Source: an uncultured Clostridiaceae bacterium
Lineage (GTDB): Bacteria; Bacillota; Clostridia; TANB77; CAG-508
Reading direction: 5' to 3'
Assembly: GCA_905198755.1 (NCBI GenBank)
Contig: CAJKDR010000013.1
Location: 1-17,884 of the forward strand
DNA: 17,884 nt
The notes under the pieces were generated by a model, which was not told the origin of the DNA, did not search any database, and saw only the letters and a program-made list of their open reading frames with translations. A program made the position numbers and the translations under genes. Each line of letters begins with the position of its first letter. The first letter of the stretch is position 1. This document shows positions 14,672-17,884 of the stretch, one piece after another.

Positions 14672-15592
14672 TTATTTATTATTTATATAATCTTCATATC
14701 CATATTCTTTTGATGTTCCTTCAAGTTCTTTAATTGATAAACCTATTTTTCTACTTTCTTTATCAATATTTATTATTTTAGCATTTACCATTTGTCCTAT
14801 TTCTAATTCATCTTCTGGTTTTGCAACTCTATGTAATGTTGTTATTTCTGAATTATGTACTAATCCTTCTAAACCTTTTTCTATTTCTACAAAAGCTCCA
14901 AATGGTGCAAATTTAATTACCTTGCATGTTACAACATCATTAATATTATATTTACTTGCTAAAGCATACCAAGGATTTTCACCTTTTAGAGGATATGCAA
15001 GTGATATTTTGTTGTTTTCTTTATCAAAATCTTTTACTATTACTTCTATGACTTCTCCAACATTAAATTTGTCTTCTAATTTTTCGTCTTTATTCCAAAA
15101 TATCTCTGAAATATGTAGTAATCCTTTAGTTGGTCCTAAATTAATAAATAAACCATAGTCAGCAATTTTATCAATTGTTCCTGTATATCTCTTTCCTATT
15201 TTTATATTATCCCAAAACTCTTTTAAACTTTTAGCTCTTTCTTCTCTTTTTATTTCACGTTCTTTAGCTTCTTTAATTCTTTTTTCCTTTTCTTCTTTTA
15301 TCTTTCTTCTTTTTTCTACTCTTTTATAAGATAAAAGAACATTTCCTAATCCATCATTCCACTTTAAAACATCAGCAGTAATTGTATCTCCTGGATTAAA
15401 TTCATCTTTAGGATTTTTATTTTCATCTTCTGAATATTCCTTTAATGGTATAATTCCATCTGCTTTATATCCAAAGTCAACAAAAATTTCTCCTTTTGAA
15501 GATACTTCAATAACTTTTCCTGTTATTGTTTTATCAAATCTTTTTTCTTCTAAAGATTTATTGAACAATTCTTCAAAATTTTCTTCTTCCAT
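14672..15592 (-). CDS. S1 RNA-binding domain protein (short ribosomal protein S1-like, three S1 domains with a K/E-rich linker)
   Basis: 306-aa ORF with three S1-type OB motifs (ITGKVIEVSSKGEIFVDFG..., YTGTIDKIADYGLFINLG..., VTCKVIKFAPFGAFVEIE...). The cmk-proximal position is typical of rpsA in Firmicutes. Confidence 0.8.
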   Translation of the reverse strand: MEEENFEELFNKSLEEKRFDKTITGKVIEVSSKGEIFVDFGYKADGIIPLKEYSEDENKNPKDEFNPGDTITADVLKWNDGLGNVLLSYKRVEKRRKIKEEKEKRIKEAKEREIKREERAKSLKEFWDNIKIGKRYTGTIDKIADYGLFINLGPTKGLLHISEIFWNKDEKLEDKFNVGEVIEVIVKDFDKENNKISLAYPLKGENPWYALASKYNINDVVTCKVIKFAPFGAFVEIEKGLEGLVHNSEITTLHRVAKPEDELEIGQMVNAKIINIDKESRKIGLSIKELEGTSKEYGYEDYINNK

Positions 15593-15663
15593 ATTTTTAC
15601 CTTACTTTCTTGGATAATTATTTTTAGGACACGGCTTGCCATGTCCTAAAAATGCTATTTAAT

Positions 15664-15692
15664 ATTATACTCCAAAACATTTGATTTGTCAA
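15664..15692 (-). promoter_or_regulatory. Consensus sigma-70-type promoter for the S1-typA operon: TTGACA (15692-15687), 17 bp, TATAAT (15669-15664)
   Basis: Both hexamers match consensus exactly and the spacer is exactly 17 bp on the minus strand. Confidence 0.7.
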
Positions 15693-15693
15693 T

Positions 15694-15718
15694 AAAAACA
15701 GAGTATATTTCAACTCTG
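15694..15718 (-). terminator. Rho-independent terminator after plsC (stem CAGAGT/ACTCTG, 8-nt loop, TTTTT tail), overlapping the plsC stop codon
   Basis: Inverted repeat at 15699-15704 / 15713-15718. On the minus strand it is followed by TTTTTATTG. Confidence 0.55.
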
Positions 15719-16306
15719 CTTTTGTGGTATATTTATATTTGGCCATATTGCCTTTGTTATTTCTCCGCTTATTAAATCTAAAGTTTCCTTTTCTGGTTTT
15801 TTTGATTGATATTCTGAAAAATCTAATGGCTTTCCATAATATAGTTTTACTTTTCTAAATGGTTTAAAATTCCCTTCTATTCTTACTGGTATTACTTCTA
15901 CACCACTTCTTGCAGCTAAATATGCTGGGCCATTTTGAATCTTTCCTCTTTTTTTCATTCCATTTCTTGTACCTTCAGGGAATATAGCTAATATTTTATT
16001 CTCCTTTAATACTTTTAATGATTTCTTAATTGATTCTATATCTTGTTTACCTCTTTTAACTGGAAAAATATTTGTTTTATCTGCAAACCAATATAAGAAT
16101 TTATTTTTGAAAAGCTCTTGTTTTGCCATCATATACATTTCTCTTTTAGTGGCAGAGTATAAAACTGGTGGATCCCAATTGCTTGTATGGTTTGCGCACA
16201 TTATATATGCCTTTCCTTTTTCTATGTTTTCTTGACCATATGTTTGTACTCTAAATAAAATCAATGTGAATATTCTTACAAAGAATTTCACTATTACTCT
16301 TATCAT
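15710..16306 (-). CDS. plsC: 1-acyl-sn-glycerol-3-phosphate acyltransferase
   Basis: 198-aa ORF with the acyltransferase HX4D motif (NHTSNWD) and an FPEGTR motif. Confidence 0.85.
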   Translation of the reverse strand: MIRVIVKFFVRIFTLILFRVQTYGQENIEKGKAYIMCANHTSNWDPPVLYSATKREMYMMAKQELFKNKFLYWFADKTNIFPVKRGKQDIESIKKSLKVLKENKILAIFPEGTRNGMKKRGKIQNGPAYLAARSGVEVIPVRIEGNFKPFRKVKLYYGKPLDFSEYQSKKPEKETLDLISGEITKAIWPNINIPQKQS

Positions 16307-16339
16307 CTTTTTGCTCTCTCCTTTATACTTTTGATATAT

Positions 16340-17023
16340 TTATATTAATTTTTTGTTTTTTAGAGATTCATATACTACTTTATATACTTTTTCTCCACCT
16401 TCATTGTCTTTGCAACCATCTGTTGTAACTACTATTGCATCTTCTGCCTTTCTAAGTGGACTCACTTCTCTTGTTGAATCTATGTAATCACGATGTTTTA
16501 TACTTTCTAAAACTTCTTCATATGAAGTTTCTATTCCATTTTCTTTGTTTTGTTGTACTCTTCTTTTTGCTCTTTCTTCTGCACTACATTCTAAAAAGAT
16601 TTTCACATCGGCATCTGGAAATACTGTTGTTCCTATATCTCTTCCTTCCATTATTACATTTTTTCCTTTTGCTAATCTTCTTTGTATATGTACCATCTCT
16701 GCTCTTACTTCTTTTATTGCTGCTATTTCTGAAACGTTTGATGTTACTCTTGGAGTTCTAATTTCTACTGATACATCTTCACCATTTAAATAAACATATT
16801 GTTTGTTATTTTCTACTTTTAATTCTACATTCATATTTTTAGTTATATTTTCTATTGTTTCTACATCATCAAAAGATATATTTTTATTAAGTACTTCCAA
16901 AGTAACACATCTATATAATGCTCCTGTGTCTATTGTTACCAATCCTAATTTTTCTGCAACTATTCTTGTTACTGTTCCCTTTCCTGTACCTGATGCTCCA
17001 TCTACTGCTACTACATATCCCAT
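16340..17023 (-). CDS. cmk: Cytidylate kinase
   Basis: 227-aa ORF with P-loop VDGASGTGKGT followed by ...DTGALYR... and ...EGRDIGTTVFPDA..., typical of Cmk. Confidence 0.9.
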   Translation of the reverse strand: MGYVVAVDGASGTGKGTVTRIVAEKLGLVTIDTGALYRCVTLEVLNKNISFDDVETIENITKNMNVELKVENNKQYVYLNGEDVSVEIRTPRVTSNVSEIAAIKEVRAEMVHIQRRLAKGKNVIMEGRDIGTTVFPDADVKIFLECSAEERAKRRVQQNKENGIETSYEEVLESIKHRDYIDSTREVSPLRKAEDAIVVTTDGCKDNEGGEKVYKVVYESLKNKKLI

Positions 17024-17026
17024 TTT

Positions 17027-17884
17027 TTATTCCTCCTTATTATCTAATATTTTTATTCCTTTTGCTACTATATTTATTTTTTGAACATTCATTGTAGTTA
17101 ATTTTTCTATCTCTTTTTTAGCTTTTTGTTTAAAGCTTGACAATCCTGTTACTAAATCAAATCCAAATAATACAATCACTTCCATATATATAGATGGTCC
17201 TTCTGGCATATTGTCTACCCTTGTTTTTACTATTTTATATATAAAATCTGTTTTTGATGCCAAATATTCTATTATTTGCCTAAAGACTGTATCTGAAATT
17301 GTAAAATTACCAAGATAGCTAAATGTTGGTCTTATAATTGATTTTTCTGAAATATATGGTTCATTGCCTTTCCCTTTTGATTTAAATATTTGTAATGGAT
17401 CTAATATATATCCAGAAAAGTCTTTTTTTATTTCAAATGTAGGCACTGGAATTACATGCTTTCCTTCTGTTCTTCTTATTCTTTTTGCATCTTCCATTTC
17501 TTCTGGTGTAGCTATTTCTTCTATTCTTATTATCTTTTCCACTTCTGGTAATCCTAGATTTTCTGCTATCTTTTTAACCATATTATCAGAAGTTCCTAAA
17601 ATAAGTATTCCTTCTGGTTTATATTTTTTTATTGCTTTTCTTATTTCTTTTTTTTCCTCTTCTGTTAGGAACAATGCATGCTTTACAGTTTCTATTTTCG
17701 TTGGTGCTTTTTTCGCTGAATTTCCAGCTATAACTTCATTATCTTTTATAAATAAGCCATCATCTATAATGTAATGTATATCATATTCACCAGCAACCAT
17801 TTGTGCTCTATAACTTTTTCCTGTGCCAGATGGGCCAACAAAAGCATACACTTTTATTTTATTGTTGTTGTTTACTAATAACAT
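17027..17884 (-). CDS. P-loop NTPase domain fused to an Asp23/Gls24-like C-terminal domain; start coincides with the window edge and may extend upstream
   Basis: 285-aa ORF with Walker A GPSGTGKS at aa 17-24. The C-terminal ~100 aa (ISDTVFRQIIEYLASK...MEVIVLFGFDLVTGLSSFKQKAKKEIEKLTTMNVQKINIVAKGI) resemble alkaline-shock Asp23-family topology. The stop is 3 nt from the cmk ATG. Confidence 0.65.
   Translation of the reverse strand: MLLVNNNNKIKVYAFVGPSGTGKSYRAQMVAGEYDIHYIIDDGLFIKDNEVIAGNSAKKAPTKIETVKHALFLTEEEKKEIRKAIKKYKPEGILILGTSDNMVKKIAENLGLPEVEKIIRIEEIATPEEMEDAKRIRRTEGKHVIPVPTFEIKKDFSGYILDPLQIFKSKGKGNEPYISEKSIIRPTFSYLGNFTISDTVFRQIIEYLASKTDFIYKIVKTRVDNMPEGPSIYMEVIVLFGFDLVTGLSSFKQKAKKEIEKLTTMNVQKINIVAKGIKILDNKEE

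Noticed and set aside
15621-15652. T5-hairpin-A5 between plsC and the S1 gene as a terminator
   Set aside because: The T-run precedes the stem and the A-run follows it on both strands, the opposite of terminator polarity. The real plsC terminator candidate is at 15694..15718.
5087-17774. Other antisense or embedded track ORFs: 5087..5368, 5478..5666, 5910..6104, 8650..8877, 9617..9889, 9942..10157, 10896..11315, 11080..11367, 12118..12399, 14021..14335, 14286..14483, 14922..15158, 16456..16761, 16545..16793, 16803..17084, 17364..17774
   Set aside because: Each lies opposite a longer ORF with clear family motifs (nrdG, nrdD, DUF368, U32, RSD, methyltransferase, typA, S1, cmk, P-loop protein). 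They have low-complexity composition and no ribosome-binding sites.
1-17884. Mobile elements, prophage or genomic-island boundaries
   Set aside because: I recognised no transposase, integrase or recombinase ORF, no terminal inverted repeats and no tRNA attachment site. Base composition looks uniform by eye.

Overview
Very AT-rich window that looks like a low-GC Firmicutes (Clostridia/Tissierellia-like) chromosome; this taxonomic guess comes from composition and gene content only. Almost all genes are on the minus strand. Recognisable core genes are the class III anaerobic ribonucleotide reductase pair nrdD-nrdG with a divergent Crp/Fnr-family regulator, and a frameshifted DUF368 membrane protein. 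A long minus-strand cluster follows: P-loop/Asp23 fusion, cmk, plsC, then S1-domain protein, typA, a 93-aa ORF, a TrmR-like O-methyltransferase, a RelA/SpoT-domain protein and a U32 (TrhP-like) peptidase. The main result is absent from the supplied ORF track. Positions 1..4832 on the minus strand form one uninterrupted reading frame of 1610 codons that runs off the left edge. It has no stop in the window, which is why an ORF finder that needs a stop missed it. It starts 25 nt downstream of nrdG. It encodes an ATP-cone plus NrdD-like domain that lacks every catalytic hallmark visible in the adjacent bona fide NrdD. This domain is fused in frame to a basic segment, a pilin-like hydrophobic anchor and about 1.12-kb super-repeats of Ig/FN3-like modules. 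The Leu-rich plus-strand ORFs listed for 2..4207 are antisense artefacts of this gene. A perfect palindrome (core GTTGCAATTGCAAC) occurs at both divergent promoters between nrdD and the regulator. No tRNA, rRNA, CRISPR array or mobile element was recognised.
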